From contig OZ245842.1 in assembly GCA_965228895.1 (NCBI GenBank), positions 3,616,001-3,680,000 on the forward strand: a stretch of DNA of 64,000 bases, given 5' to 3'. Both the position numbers and the translations under genes were made by a program. The DNA is from Alphaproteobacteria bacterium (GTDB lineage Bacteria; Pseudomonadota; Alphaproteobacteria; SP197). Position 1 is the stretch's first letter. Each line of letters starts with the position of its first letter. Shown here piece by piece: positions 18,776 through 28,956 of this stretch. Under the pieces are notes generated by a model that saw nothing but the letters and a program-made list of their open reading frames with translations, ran no database searches and was not told the origin of the DNA.

Positions 18776-20518
18776 TCAACCGTCCCAACCCGCCTTTCGT
18801 AGGCCGTCGATGAAGAAGTCGAAGGCGTCCGGGTCCTTGAACGGATAGGTCGCTTCGAAATAGGCGAGCGGTGGATCTGGCATATGCTGATAGGTCGCCT
18901 GAAGTGTCGCGCGAGCGTCCGCGATATCGCCCTTGTGTGCGAGGGCACAGGCAAGCCGCTGGCCGGCCCGGTAGTTAGCCGGGTTGTCGGCCAGCGCCCT
19001 ACGGCCATAGTCGATGGCCGTGTCATAGTCCTGGTTCAATATGTGAGCGAGCGTCAAGAGTCCCCAGACGAGCGATATGGTCGGTTCATCTCGCGGACTG
19101 AGATGAAGTCCCTTGTGCATCGCCTCGATGCCTTCCTTCGGTCGCCCTGCAAAGAGAAGCGAATTGCCAAGTGCCAGATAGCCGTTCGCGAAAAAGGGAT
19201 TGATATCGACGGCCTGCTGCGCTTCTTCGGCTGCGCGCTCCGGTTCGCGGTTGAAGACGTAGAGCGAAGATAGCGAAGCACGGGCGAACGGTTCCTTCGG
19301 ATCGATGCCAATCGCACGGTGAGCGGCCGCAATGCCATGCTTGATGGAGCCTGTCGGATCATCACCCCAGCCAAACGCGACATTCATCGCATAGGTCGCC
19401 GCAACAAAGGCGCCGGCTGAACCGAACAGGGGATCGATCTCCAGTGACGCCTCAAAGTATTCACGGGCCCTGGCCATGTCCGTCTGACTTAGACGATGAA
19501 AGTGCCAGCAACCGCGCTGAAAAAGATCCCAGGCGCCCAAGTTGGCCGGCCTTCGTTGAACGGCCTGCTGCGCCTCGGCCCGTTCGATCCCAGGCAGCAT
19601 GTGCGTGACAATCTGCTCAACGATATCGTCCTGCAGCTCGAAGATGTCGTCGAGCTCGCGGTCATAGCGTTCCGCCCACACATGCGTGCCGTTATCGGCG
19701 TCGATCAACTGACCGGTGACGCGGACACGATTGCCGGCCTTACGGACACTGCCTTTCAGGACGTATCGCGCGCCCAGTTCCAGGCCGATGTGCTTCACAT
19801 CGATGTCCTTGCCCTTGAACGCAAAGCTCGAGTTACGGGCGATAACGGGAAATTGGCGCCACAATGAGAGCGCCGTCATGATGTCTTCTGTGATGCCGTC
19901 GGCGAAGTACTCCTGCTCGGTGTCACCGCTCATGTTGGTGAACGGCAAGACGGCGATGGCCGGCTTGTCGAAAAACGCGTGATCTGCAGACGTTTCATCT
20001 CGCTCGACCACCTTCTCCGATGGCCGCACCATGAAGACTCGGATTGGCTTTGCGATGTTCTTGACCGTGTGCTCGCCGGTATCCTCGAAGGCCGCTTCGA
20101 CCTTGCCCGCGATCTGGTCGTAGGCGACCTGGCTTAGCGCGATGCCGCCGGGCTCGGCCAACCCTTCAAGCCGCGCGGCGATGTTGACGCCGTCACCATA
20201 AATATCGCCATCGTCAACAACGATGTCGCCGGAATTGATGCCAATCCGAAATCTCATCGACGCACCATCGGAGTCGTCGTCCATGTGCGATTGCCAGGCT
20301 ATGGCACACGCCACCGCATCGACGACACTTTGGAATTCCACCAACAGGCCGTCGCCCATGAGTTTCACGATCCGGCCGCGATGGGATGCGATCAAGGGTT
20401 CGATGGTGTCGGCGCGAAGCGCCTTAAGAGCGGCAATCGTACCGGCCTCGTCTTCACCCATGAGGCGGCTATAGCCGACCACATCGGCAGCCAAGATGGC
20501 AGCCAGCTTGCGTTCCAC
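18776..20518 (-). CDS. Class III adenylate/guanylate cyclase with TolB-like and TPR domains
   Basis: RKLAAILAADVVGYS, KLMGDG, DIYGDGVNIAARLE, IAVLPF.NMS.D.EQEYFADG and a TPR tail. Confidence 0.92.
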   Translation of the reverse strand: MERKLAAILAADVVGYSRLMGEDEAGTIAALKALRADTIEPLIASHRGRIVKLMGDGLLVEFQSVVDAVACAIAWQSHMDDDSDGASMRFRIGINSGDIVVDDGDIYGDGVNIAARLEGLAEPGGIALSQVAYDQIAGKVEAAFEDTGEHTVKNIAKPIRVFMVRPSEKVVERDETSADHAFFDKPAIAVLPFTNMSGDTEQEYFADGITEDIMTALSLWRQFPVIARNSSFAFKGKDIDVKHIGLELGARYVLKGSVRKAGNRVRVTGQLIDADNGTHVWAERYDRELDDIFELQDDIVEQIVTHMLPGIERAEAQQAVQRRPANLGAWDLFQRGCWHFHRLSQTDMARAREYFEASLEIDPLFGSAGAFVAATYAMNVAFGWGDDPTGSIKHGIAAAHRAIGIDPKEPFARASLSSLYVFNREPERAAEEAQQAVDINPFFANGYLALGNSLLFAGRPKEGIEAMHKGLHLSPRDEPTISLVWGLLTLAHILNQDYDTAIDYGRRALADNPANYRAGQRLACALAHKGDIADARATLQATYQHMPDPPLAYFEATYPFKDPDAFDFFIDGLRKAGWDG

Positions 20519-20649
20519 GCTGACCCTCCTCTAACCGGAGACTAGAGTAGTTTTTGGCTACGTGGAATTGGGACGGGGATCATCACCACGAGCGATGCCA
20601 ATTCGCGCGCGAATGGCGTAACGTCGATTCGCAGCAAGGATCGGCGGCC

Positions 20650-22206
20650 ATGGCGAAACCAAAAGACGATCTGAAGGCACGACGGCGGCAACGGCGCGAA
20701 CGCCGTGAGGCCGGCGCCGACGCGGTCACGGCGATACCGCAATTGCCGTGGACGCAGCCACGCCGCCCCTTTCCGCCGGTCGATCTCATCTCCGCCGACC
20801 AGATCGAGGCGATCCATCAGGCCTCGCTGAAGGTGCTCGAAGAAATCGGCATGCAGATCCTGCTGCCTGAAGCGCGCGAGATGCTGCGTAAGACAGGCGC
20901 GCTGGTCGACGGCGAGATGGTCAGGATCGGCCGCGATATGGTCGAGTCCTCGATCGGGTCCGCGCCTGAAGAGTTCACCTGGCACGCGCGCAATCCCGAG
21001 CATTCGCTTCGCATCGGCGGGCCGTGGATCATGTTCACGCCGGTCGGCGGGCCGCCCAACTGTTCGGACCTGGATAACGGCCGCCGGCCCGGCACGCTGG
21101 CCGATGGCGAGAATTTTCTGAAGCTCTGCCAGTTCTTCAACATCATCCACATGGCGGGCCAAGGCGTCGACGCGATCGACGTGCATGCCTCGATCCGGCA
21201 TCTGAAAATCGGCCACGCCCGCGCAACCCTGACCGACAAGGTCGGGTTTGCGTCGGCGACCGGACGTGACCGGCTTTATGACGGCATCCATATGGCGCGC
21301 ATCGCACGCGGCGTCAGCGAGGATCAGTTGCTCGATGAACCGTCGGTCATGACGGTCGTCAACACCAACTCGCCGCTCAAGCTCGACGGGCCGATGACCA
21401 TGGGCATCATCGAGATGGCGCGTATGGGTCAGGTCTGCTGCGTCACACCGTTCACGCTCGCCGGCGCCATGGCGCCCGTCACCATGGCGGGTGCCTTGGT
21501 GGAACAGAACGCCGAAGCGCTCGCCGGTCTAACCATTCATCAGCTCGCGCGCCCCGGCGCGCCGTTCATCTATGGCGGATTCACATCGAACGTCGACATG
21601 AAGTCGGGCGCACCGGCCTTCGGTACGCCCGAATACATGAAGGCATGCCTGGTCGGCGGCCAGCTCGCCAGGCGCTACCGCCTGCCCTACCGCACGTCGA
21701 ACACCAACGCCGCCAATGCGGTCGACGCCCAGGCAGCTTATGAAAGCGTGTTCTCGCTATGGGGCGCCATCATGGGCGGCGGCAACCTGATCGCCCATGG
21801 CGCCGGCTGGATGGAAGGCGGCCTGGTCGCGAGCTACGAAAAGTTCATCGTCGATATCGAACTGCTGCAGACCGTCTCTGAGTTCTTGAACCCGCTCGAT
21901 ACGTCCGACGCCGCGCTCGGCCTCGACGCCATGCGCGAGGTCGGCCCCGGCGGTCATTTCTTCGGCGCCCAGCACACGCTGGAACGCTACACCAGCGCCT
22001 TCTACGCGCCGCTGATCTCCGACTGGCGCAACTTCGAGCAGTGGCAAGCCGCGGGCTCGCCAACCGCCGAGATAAAAGCCAACAAGCTCTGGAAACAGGT
22101 GCTCGCCGAATACGAGGAACCCGCCATGGATCCGGCGATCCGCGACGCGTTCGATACCTTCATCGCGCAGCGCATCGAACAAGGCGGCCAGCCGACGGAT
22201 TTCTAG
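20650..22206 (+). CDS. Trimethylamine methyltransferase (MttB) family, non-pyrrolysine (MtgB-like)
   Basis: NTNSPL, TPFTLAGAMAPVT, GGFTSNVDMKSGAPAFGTPE, GWMEGGL and GPGGHFFG. No internal amber codon. Confidence 0.92.
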   Translation: MAKPKDDLKARRRQRRERREAGADAVTAIPQLPWTQPRRPFPPVDLISADQIEAIHQASLKVLEEIGMQILLPEAREMLRKTGALVDGEMVRIGRDMVESSIGSAPEEFTWHARNPEHSLRIGGPWIMFTPVGGPPNCSDLDNGRRPGTLADGENFLKLCQFFNIIHMAGQGVDAIDVHASIRHLKIGHARATLTDKVGFASATGRDRLYDGIHMARIARGVSEDQLLDEPSVMTVVNTNSPLKLDGPMTMGIIEMARMGQVCCVTPFTLAGAMAPVTMAGALVEQNAEALAGLTIHQLARPGAPFIYGGFTSNVDMKSGAPAFGTPEYMKACLVGGQLARRYRLPYRTSNTNAANAVDAQAAYESVFSLWGAIMGGGNLIAHGAGWMEGGLVASYEKFIVDIELLQTVSEFLNPLDTSDAALGLDAMREVGPGGHFFGAQHTLERYTSAFYAPLISDWRNFEQWQAAGSPTAEIKANKLWKQVLAEYEEPAMDPAIRDAFDTFIAQRIEQGGQPTDF

Positions 22207-22211
22207 ACGTC

Positions 22212-22949
22212 CTAAGCCGCATAATCCGGCTGTTCGCGGTCGAGGATGCGTTTGAGCGCGGCGAAGTGCGTGTGCGCGCCTTCGCGTCCACCGCTCTGCC
22301 GGTTCATCTGGCTCGCGGTCAGCGCGGCGACGTCCTGGGGTACGCGTTTGAGCGGCTGACCGGTCGAGAGCGCCAGAACGAGAGTCCGGCAGGTCTGCTC
22401 GAGGTAATAGAGATCGTCATAGGCTTCTGCGACCGTGCGCCCGGCGATCATGACGCCGTGGTTGGCCATCAGCAGGATATCGGCGTCGCCCATGACACGG
22501 GCCAGCCGGTCGCCTTCGTCGGTATCGAAGGCGAGGCCCGTGTAGTCGTCGTCATAGGCAATGCGGCCGTAGAAGCCGAGCTCGTTCTGGCTGGCCATGG
22601 GAAACCGGAAATCCTCCAGCATGGTCAGCGCCGTTGCCCACGGCATGTGGGTGTGCAGCAGGCAGCGGGCGTCCGGCCGCGCGCGATGGATCGGCGCGTG
22701 AATGTAGAACGCCGTCGCCTCCGCGATACCGTCGCCGGCGATGACGTTGCGGTCGAAATCGACCTCGATCAGGTTGGACGCGGTGACTTCCGACCAGTGC
22801 AGGCCATAGGGGATCAACAGAAACCGGTCATCGCTCTCCGGCGCCATCATGGTGAAGTGGTTGCAGATGCCTTCGTTGAAACCCTGCTTGGCGGCCAGCC
22901 GATAGGCAGCGGCAAGATCGATGCGCGTTTGGTTGAGATTGTCGGCCAT
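22212..22949 (-). CDS. Class II aldolase/adducin family protein
   Basis: EGICNHF, AFYIH..IH, LHTHMP and LMANHGV. Confidence 0.9.
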   Translation of the reverse strand: MADNLNQTRIDLAAAYRLAAKQGFNEGICNHFTMMAPESDDRFLLIPYGLHWSEVTASNLIEVDFDRNVIAGDGIAEATAFYIHAPIHRARPDARCLLHTHMPWATALTMLEDFRFPMASQNELGFYGRIAYDDDYTGLAFDTDEGDRLARVMGDADILLMANHGVMIAGRTVAEAYDDLYYLEQTCRTLVLALSTGQPLKRVPQDVAALTASQMNRQSGGREGAHTHFAALKRILDREQPDYAA

Positions 22950-23092
22950 GGTTGGGGCTCCACGGTTAGGCTTGTTGTCGGCGCCGCGACTTTAGGCGAT
23001 GCGGCAGGCCACCACCAGCCAAGGCGGTGCCGGCACGCTTCACCGCCATCTAACGCAATGCCGCGACCACGGACAGCCCGGCGCAAGCCCCG

Positions 23093-23847
23093 TCATCGCT
23101 TGCCGACCAGGATGTACCTGACCGGCATGTTGGTCGCGCGCTGATGATAGATGTCGAACTCAACAGCGCTGATGTTGTTGGGGTGTTCGCGGAACGTCTC
23201 GATCGTGAAACCCGCGCCCAGCATCGCCGTCATGATGTCGCTCAAGGTTTGGAAGAACCAAGAGTGGGTCGCGCCCTCGCCGGTGCCGGTACCGTCATAA
23301 ACAATCGCGCCTTCTTCTTCCAAAGGCGCCGACCGGATGGAGTCGTTGGTCGGCTCGAATGGTTTGTCGCTCTCCGGCTCGAACATGTTCATGATCGGGT
23401 GTTCTTCATGAATGACGAGCCGCCCACCGGACCGCAGCAAGCGGGCCGGCAAGTCGAAGAACGCGGCGAGGTCCGGCATCCAGCCGAACACACCGATGGT
23501 GATGAGCGCAATATCGAAGGACTGGTCCCAGTCGCTTTCGATGGCATAAACGTCGCTCGCAGCCCTGCTCCAGAAACGGCTCGGACTGGTCGAAGCCGAC
23601 GCAGCGCGCCGCGCCCATGTTCTTGACCGACAGCAACTCGCGTCCGTTGTCGCAGCAGATCTGCACGACGTCACGGCCGGCGACGCCGATGTCTTGAAGC
23701 ACGGTCGTCTCGACGTCGCCCAGGCGCGAAAAACCGGGCTGGGCAAAACCCTCCCGCAGTTTCTTGGCTTCGTCGTTGTCGCGGTGAAATTGCGCACAGT
23801 GATCCCAGGCCACCCGGCTGGCCGGCGGCGATCCTGGGCGTCGGCAT
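23093..23847 (-). pseudogene. Frameshifted class I SAM methyltransferase
   Basis: The N-half (RVAWD...VVQICCDNGRELLS..GFDQSEPFLEQ) is in ORF 23406-24020. The C-half (DVY...TIGVFGWMPDL...EEHP) is in ORF 23093-23938. The frame switch is near 23560. Confidence 0.75.
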
Positions 23848-23991
23848 CCTGCTGGCTGGCGTATTGCGCGCCCACGGTCACAGCTTGATCGCCGCCATCG
23901 CCAAAGCCTACTGATGGCCGGCAAGAGCGGCGTTCCATAACCGTGCTGCCGCCTCCGGTTTGCGCTAAGATGGCGGCCGGAGGATAGGGCG

Positions 23992-25278
23992 ATGGCAGCG
24001 CTGTGCCGGGATTGCGGCAAGACGGACGAGGCGGATTTCCGGACCTGCCCGGCCTGCGGTTCCGAGCGCGCCGTCAGGCACCCGGAGCTGCTGACATTGC
24101 CGATCGCCCACCTGGATTGCGACGCCTTCTATGCCGCCATCGAAAAACGTGACAACCCGTCGCTGATCGACAAGCCCGTCGTTGTCGGCGGGCGCCAAAG
24201 GGGCGTCGTGGCGGCCGCTTGCTATAACGCGCGCACCTATGGCATCCGTTCGGCCATGCCGATGTTCAAGGCGCTCCGGGCCTGCCCCCACGCCGTCGTC
24301 ATTCGCCCGGATATGAAGAAATACGCCGCGGTCGGCCGCCAAGTGCGCGAGATGATGGAGGCGCTGACGCCGCTGGTCGAACCGCTCTCGATCGACGAGG
24401 CATTCATGGATCTAAGCGGCACCACCGCGCTTCATCGCGGCGCGCCCGCCAAGACCCTGGCGCGGCTGGTGCGGCGCATCGAGAACGAGATCAAGATCAC
24501 CGTCTCGATCGGACTCAGCTACAACAAGTATCTGGCGAAGATCGCCTCGGACCTCGATAAACCACGCGGCTTTGCCGTCATCGGCCAGGCGGAGGCCAGA
24601 GGTTTCCTGGCCGACAAGCCGGTCAGCATGTTGTGGGGCGTCGGTAAGGCGATGCAGAAGACCCTGGCGCGCGACGGCATCACCTTGATTGGCGAGATCG
24701 CGCGGCTCGACGAAGACGAGATGGTGCGCCGCTACGGCGAAATCGGCCACCGTCTGTCGCAATGCGCGCGTGGCGAGGACGCCCGGCCGGTCGATCCGCG
24801 CGGCGAGGCCAAGAGCGTGTCGTCGGAAACCACGTTTGACAGCGACATCGCCGATGTCGCCCGCCTGAAGCCGATCCTCTGGCGCCTGGCCGAGACCGTC
24901 TCCCGCCGGATGAAACGTTCGGGTATTGCCGGCGGCGGCGTGACGCTGAAACTGAAGACCGCCGATTTCCGCATCATCACGCGCAGCCGCCAGCTCGCCG
25001 GCCCGACCCAGCTCGCCGCACGTTTCTATGAGGCCGCCGAGCCGTTGCTGGAGCGCGAGGCCGACGGGCGCCCGTTCCGCCTGATCGGCATCGGCGCCCA
25101 TGACCTCGGACCGGTCGACGCGCCGGGTCAGATCGACATGTTCGGCGGCGGCAAGGCTCAGGACGACAAGGTCGAGGCCGCGCTGGACGCCGTGCGCGAA
25201 CGGTTCGGTGACGAGGCCGTCGTCAAAGGGCGCGGCTTCGGCACCAAGCTGGTGCGTCAGGGGCCATCGAAAACCTGA
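23992..25278 (+). CDS. dinB: DNA polymerase IV
   Basis: HLDCDAFYAAIE, YNAR.YG.RSAMP, SIDEAF and LAKIASD..KP.G, with an N-terminal CxxC..CxxC zinc ribbon. Confidence 0.95.
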   Translation: MAALCRDCGKTDEADFRTCPACGSERAVRHPELLTLPIAHLDCDAFYAAIEKRDNPSLIDKPVVVGGRQRGVVAAACYNARTYGIRSAMPMFKALRACPHAVVIRPDMKKYAAVGRQVREMMEALTPLVEPLSIDEAFMDLSGTTALHRGAPAKTLARLVRRIENEIKITVSIGLSYNKYLAKIASDLDKPRGFAVIGQAEARGFLADKPVSMLWGVGKAMQKTLARDGITLIGEIARLDEDEMVRRYGEIGHRLSQCARGEDARPVDPRGEAKSVSSETTFDSDIADVARLKPILWRLAETVSRRMKRSGIAGGGVTLKLKTADFRIITRSRQLAGPTQLAARFYEAAEPLLEREADGRPFRLIGIGAHDLGPVDAPGQIDMFGGGKAQDDKVEAALDAVRERFGDEAVVKGRGFGTKLVRQGPSKT

Positions 25279-25284
25279 CCCGCG

Positions 25285-25423
25285 CTAGAGAAGATCCTGT
25301 TTTTTGGCATCGCTTCGCGATGGCATGAAGGCAGGTGAATCTGCTCCAATCATAGATGGAGAGCGGATTCACATGGTTAGGTGGAACCGTCAAGCGGTTC
25401 AACCTAACCATGATCCGCTCTAG
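25285..25423. repeat. RIME/Bru-RS-like double-hairpin intergenic element, copy 1
   Basis: CTAGAG...CCGCTCTAG termini and two internal palindromes. Homologous to 35525-35664. Confidence 0.8.
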
Positions 25424-25875
25424 AGCTTGACCAGCTCTTTGTGGCCAAAACCCTTCTTGTAGTCGATCAGCGAGATAACCACCGGTTCGATGCGATAAAA
25501 GGCCAGACTGATGGCCGCATCATCGTCGGCGGGCTCGTACTGTGCTGCCTGCGGGAACTTCGTCAAGAGCAGCGTGCCTATCTTCTCTTGTTCGGCCGGA
25601 TCGGTGACGGCGATCGCCAGGGCGCCCATCGACAGGCTCTCGATGTCGTCCCAGCTCTCGTAGTCGCGGTCTATCGCCAGCGACACCTTGTTGTTTCGTA
25701 TGATGTTCCGGGCCTTCTGCGCGTCCGATGGCGTCATGAAATAGATGGTCATGCCGTCATTGACGTAGCTGACCGTGGTCGCCTGTGGAAATCCATCCTC
25801 TCGGACGGTAGCGATTGTCATATCGTTGACATCGTCGATGATCGACACGATTTGCTCGCGCAGTTTCTGGTTCAA
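25420..25875 (-). CDS. Pyridoxamine 5'-phosphate oxidase-like FMN-binding protein
   Basis: MTIATVREDGFPQATTVSY, QKARNI and IDYKKGFGH. Probable TTG start after a GGGAGAG RBS. Confidence 0.85.
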   Translation of the reverse strand: MNQKLREQIVSIIDDVNDMTIATVREDGFPQATTVSYVNDGMTIYFMTPSDAQKARNIIRNNKVSLAIDRDYESWDDIESLSMGALAIAVTDPAEQEKIGTLLLTKFPQAAQYEPADDDAAISLAFYRIEPVVISLIDYKKGFGHKELVKL

Positions 25876-25932
25876 GGCTCTCTCCCGGCGCAATGGTTCA
25901 GCCCATTGAACCGGCGCGCGCACAATTGAGCC

Positions 25933-25946
25933 TTGATGCAGGTCAA
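25933..25946. promoter_or_regulatory. FNR/FixK-type box
   Basis: TTGAT-GCAG-GTCAA, about 60 bp upstream of the FMN-binding gene. Confidence 0.7.
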
Positions 25947-25967
25947 CAAACGATCCGCGGTACGTCA

Positions 25968-26004
25968 CAAACAAAGAGGGCGTCCCGGTAACCGGGACGC
26001 CCTC
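25968..26004 (-). terminator. Intrinsic terminator of the fasciclin gene
   Basis: GAGGGCGTCCCGG-TAA-CCGGGACGCCCTC, followed by TTTGTTTG on the minus strand. Confidence 0.8.
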
Positions 26005-26073
26005 CTAGCCTGGCTTGGTTCGGTTGACGCGGGGAAGGATACGAAAACCGGAACTGTTGCCGAAGGCTTGCGC

Positions 26074-26556
26074 TTACATCGGCGGCATGATCACCGTGTC
26101 GATGACATGGATGACGCCGTTATCGGTTTCGATGTCGGCGGCGACCACCTGGGCGTCGTTGACGAAGACGTCACCGGACGTGCCGTTGACGTGCACCTTG
26201 CTGCCCTCGACGGTGTCGACCGACGCCTTCTGGCCGGCGACTTCGCTCGACATGACCTTACCGGGTACGACGTGATAGGTGAGAATGGCGACCAGCGTCT
26301 CGCGGTTCTCCGGCAGCAGCAGGTCATCGACCGTGCCGGCGGGAAGTTTCGCGAACGCCTCATCGGTCGGCGCGAAGACGGTGAACGGGCCGGGGCCCTG
26401 GAGCGTCTCAACCAAGCCGGCGGCCTGGACCGCGGCGACAAGCGTGTTGAAGTCGTCGGCCGCGACTGCCGTTTCGACGATATCGGCGGCACGCGCCGAA
26501 AGGGATCCAAGTGCGACCGTAGCGGCGACGGCGCCCGCAATTAAAAGGCGTTTCAT
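26074..26556 (-). CDS. Fasciclin-domain (MPT70/Nex18-like) secreted protein
   Basis: Signal peptide, [30 protein letters not shown] and NGVIHVID. Confidence 0.95.
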   Translation of the reverse strand: MKRLLIAGAVAATVALGSLSARAADIVETAVAADDFNTLVAAVQAAGLVETLQGPGPFTVFAPTDEAFAKLPAGTVDDLLLPENRETLVAILTYHVVPGKVMSSEVAGQKASVDTVEGSKVHVNGTSGDVFVNDAQVVAADIETDNGVIHVIDTVIMPPM

Positions 26557-26640
26557 AAGCGTTTCTCCTCTGCGTTTCATGCCCAACGGGATGGTGACCA
26601 CGCGGCGCCGCGAGTCATTGAAGGAACGTTCTGCCCGAAG

Positions 26641-26667
26641 TTACGCAGACCCCATCCCGATGGATCA
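26641..26667 (-). promoter_or_regulatory. ECF sigma-type promoter (TGATCC-N16-CGTA)
   Basis: Minus strand reads TGATCCatcgggatggggtctgCGTAA, upstream of the fasciclin gene. Confidence 0.55.
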
Positions 26668-26727
26668 GGAAGAGGAGAAAAAAGTTGCCGGGTAGTCAGG
26701 GGGCGATCCCAGCCAGCCCCAAAACTG

Positions 26728-27966
26728 TCAGGTCTCGCCTGGACGATCGATGATGACGGTCTCGCTGGTCAGGGTCTGGTGGACCGGGCAGCGCTCGGCG
26801 ATTTCCAACAGGCGCTGCCGCTGATCGGCATCAAGGTCACCTTCCAGATCGATGGTGCGCTCGATGCGGTCGACGCGGCCTTCCTCGGTCTCGCACTCCG
26901 CGCAATCCTCAGCGTGGATCTTCTTGTGCGAAAGCGTGATAGCGGTTCGTTTCAGCGGCCACTTCTTGCGGTTGGCGTACATCCTGAGCGTCATCGAGGT
27001 GCAGGCGCCAAGTGCTGCGAGCAGCAGATCGTAGGGCCCGGGGCCGCCGTCCAGGCCGCCGACATCCATCGGCTCGTCGGCAACGAAACGGTGGCGGCCG
27101 GCCTCCACCGTCTGCCCGAACGGTCCCATACCGGATTCCGAGACGCGCACCGTGCCTGGCGGCAGCGCCGCCCCGTCCGCTGCCTCAGCCTCGGTATTCT
27201 CCGGCGCCGGCAGATACCGTTCGGCCCAGGCCGCGAGCACACTGGCGACGTAGAGGCTATCGGCTTTGCCGGTCAGCAGGTGGTCGGCGTCATCCAGCGA
27301 GACGAAACTCTTGGGGTGTTTGGCCGCGTTATAGATATGCCCGGCGTTCTCCACACCGACGGTCTGATCGAGCGGTGAATGGAACACGATCAGCGCCTTT
27401 TTCAGTTTGGCGACATCATCCAGCAGTTTCTGGTTCTCCAGATCCTCCAGGAACTGTCGGCGGATAGTGAAGGGTCTGCCACCCAAATTGACTGCCGCCT
27501 CGCCGTCTTCTTCGATCTCACAGATCGCATCGTCAAACAGATGCTCGACATGCGTGGGATCGGCCGGCGCGCCGATGGTGGCGACCGCGACCGCTTCGGG
27601 AATCCGGCTCGCCGCCGACAACACAGCCGCCCCGCCCAAACTGTGGCCGATCAGCAGCGCCGGCGGCTTTTCATGCTGCCTGAGCCAATCGGCCGCTGCC
27701 AGGATGTCATCGACATTGGACGAAAAGTTCGTGTTGGCGAAATCGCCCTCGCTGCCGCCCAGCCCGGTAAAGTCAAAGCGCAGCACACCGAAACCCAGTT
27801 CGCTCAACGCGCGCGATACCCTGGCTGGCGCCAGGCTGTCCTTCGAACACGAAAAGCAATGGGCGAACAGTGCGACCGCGTGCAATTCGCCATCCGGCAG
27901 GTCCACGCGCGCCGCAAGTTTTCCGCCCATGGATCCGGGAAACTCAATCTTCTTTGATCGCGCCAA
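26728..27966 (-). CDS. Bifunctional alpha/beta hydrolase-OsmC family protein
   Basis: FAHCFSC, GHSLGG, GP.PYDLLLAALGACT and IAERCPVH. Confidence 0.92.
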   Translation of the reverse strand: MARSKKIEFPGSMGGKLAARVDLPDGELHAVALFAHCFSCSKDSLAPARVSRALSELGFGVLRFDFTGLGGSEGDFANTNFSSNVDDILAAADWLRQHEKPPALLIGHSLGGAAVLSAASRIPEAVAVATIGAPADPTHVEHLFDDAICEIEEDGEAAVNLGGRPFTIRRQFLEDLENQKLLDDVAKLKKALIVFHSPLDQTVGVENAGHIYNAAKHPKSFVSLDDADHLLTGKADSLYVASVLAAWAERYLPAPENTEAEAADGAALPPGTVRVSESGMGPFGQTVEAGRHRFVADEPMDVGGLDGGPGPYDLLLAALGACTSMTLRMYANRKKWPLKRTAITLSHKKIHAEDCAECETEEGRVDRIERTIDLEGDLDADQRQRLLEIAERCPVHQTLTSETVIIDRPGET

Positions 27967-27993
27967 CCTTACCTCCCCTATCGCGTCGCCCGC

Positions 27994-28956
27994 CTAGCTG
28001 CCGTGCAGTTCATCGGCCACAAAAGCCGCAATCACGTCGTCGATCGTCGCATCACCCTCGAACCCCAAACGGCCGGCCCGGCGCGCGACGATAGCGCGCG
28101 GCCAGCCATCGACGATGCTTTGGATCGCCGGGTCGTGCTGGAACGAAATTCGATTGGCCGCCTCATCGCCGCCGGCGCGGCGCACCGCCTCGACTATCTC
28201 TGCCATGGTGACGGTGATGCCGGGCAGCAGGACGGAACGGTCGTGACCCAGTTTTTCGTCGGCGAGGCCGGCGACCCAGACAAAGGCGTCGATGGCGCGG
28301 CGCGGCGACAGGATCACCATGCTGCTTTCCGGCGTCACCGGACAGGCGAAATCGACGCCGCTTAGGGGCTCGCGCGCGATGCCGCTGGCAAAACCCGAGG
28401 CCGCACGGTTCGGTTTGCCGGGACGCACGACGATCGTCGGCAGGCGCACCGTCCGGCCGTCGATCAGGCCGCGCCGGGTGAAGTCCATGACCATCAGTTC
28501 GCCCGCCACCTTCTGCACGCCATAGGACGTCGCCGGCGTCAGTGGTGTCGTGTCGTCGATGGTCGCCGGCAGGTCGCCGCCATAGGCCGCGATGGAGCTG
28601 GAGAAAACCAGCAGCGGATTGCGCCGGCCACTGCGGCATGCCTGCAAGACGTTGCGCGTGCCGTCCAGATTGACGCTTAAACCCAGATCCAGGTCCTGCT
28701 CCGCCTCACCGCTAACAACGGCGCCCAGATGGAACACAGCGTCGGCGTCGGCGACCACGCCGGTCACCTGATCGGGGTCGGTCAGGTCACCAACCACGGT
28801 TAGAACACGCGCGTTGTCAAAAAACGTATTGCCGGCCATGCGGTCAAACAAAACGAGCTGGTCGATCGTCTGCCCGTTCAGGCGTCCGTCAGCAAGCAGC
28901 CGTTCGGCAAGTTTGCGGCCGAGGAACCCAACGCCCCCGGTGATGACGACTTTCAA
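27994..28956 (-). CDS. denD: D-erythronate dehydrogenase-like NAD-dependent epimerase/dehydrogenase
   Basis: TGGVGFLG, VVSGEAE, SYGVQK and RLPTIVVRPGKPN.AASGF. The TTG start overlaps the upstream stop. Confidence 0.75.
   Translation of the reverse strand: MKVVITGGVGFLGRKLAERLLADGRLNGQTIDQLVLFDRMAGNTFFDNARVLTVVGDLTDPDQVTGVVADADAVFHLGAVVSGEAEQDLDLGLSVNLDGTRNVLQACRSGRRNPLLVFSSSIAAYGGDLPATIDDTTPLTPATSYGVQKVAGELMVMDFTRRGLIDGRTVRLPTIVVRPGKPNRAASGFASGIAREPLSGVDFACPVTPESSMVILSPRRAIDAFVWVAGLADEKLGHDRSVLLPGITVTMAEIVEAVRRAGGDEAANRISFQHDPAIQSIVDGWPRAIVARRAGRLGFEGDATIDDVIAAFVADELHGS

Noticed and set aside
20650-22206. Pyrrolysine recoding in the MttB-family gene
   Set aside because: The ORF is uninterrupted and no pyl genes or tRNA-Pyl are seen.
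23932-23946. GTTC-N7-GTGC before dinB as an alphaproteobacterial LexA box
   Set aside because: One mismatch in an 8-bp motif is too likely by chance.
23992-24090. Zinc-ribbon N-terminus of DinB as a novelty
   Set aside because: This is common in alphaproteobacterial DinB.
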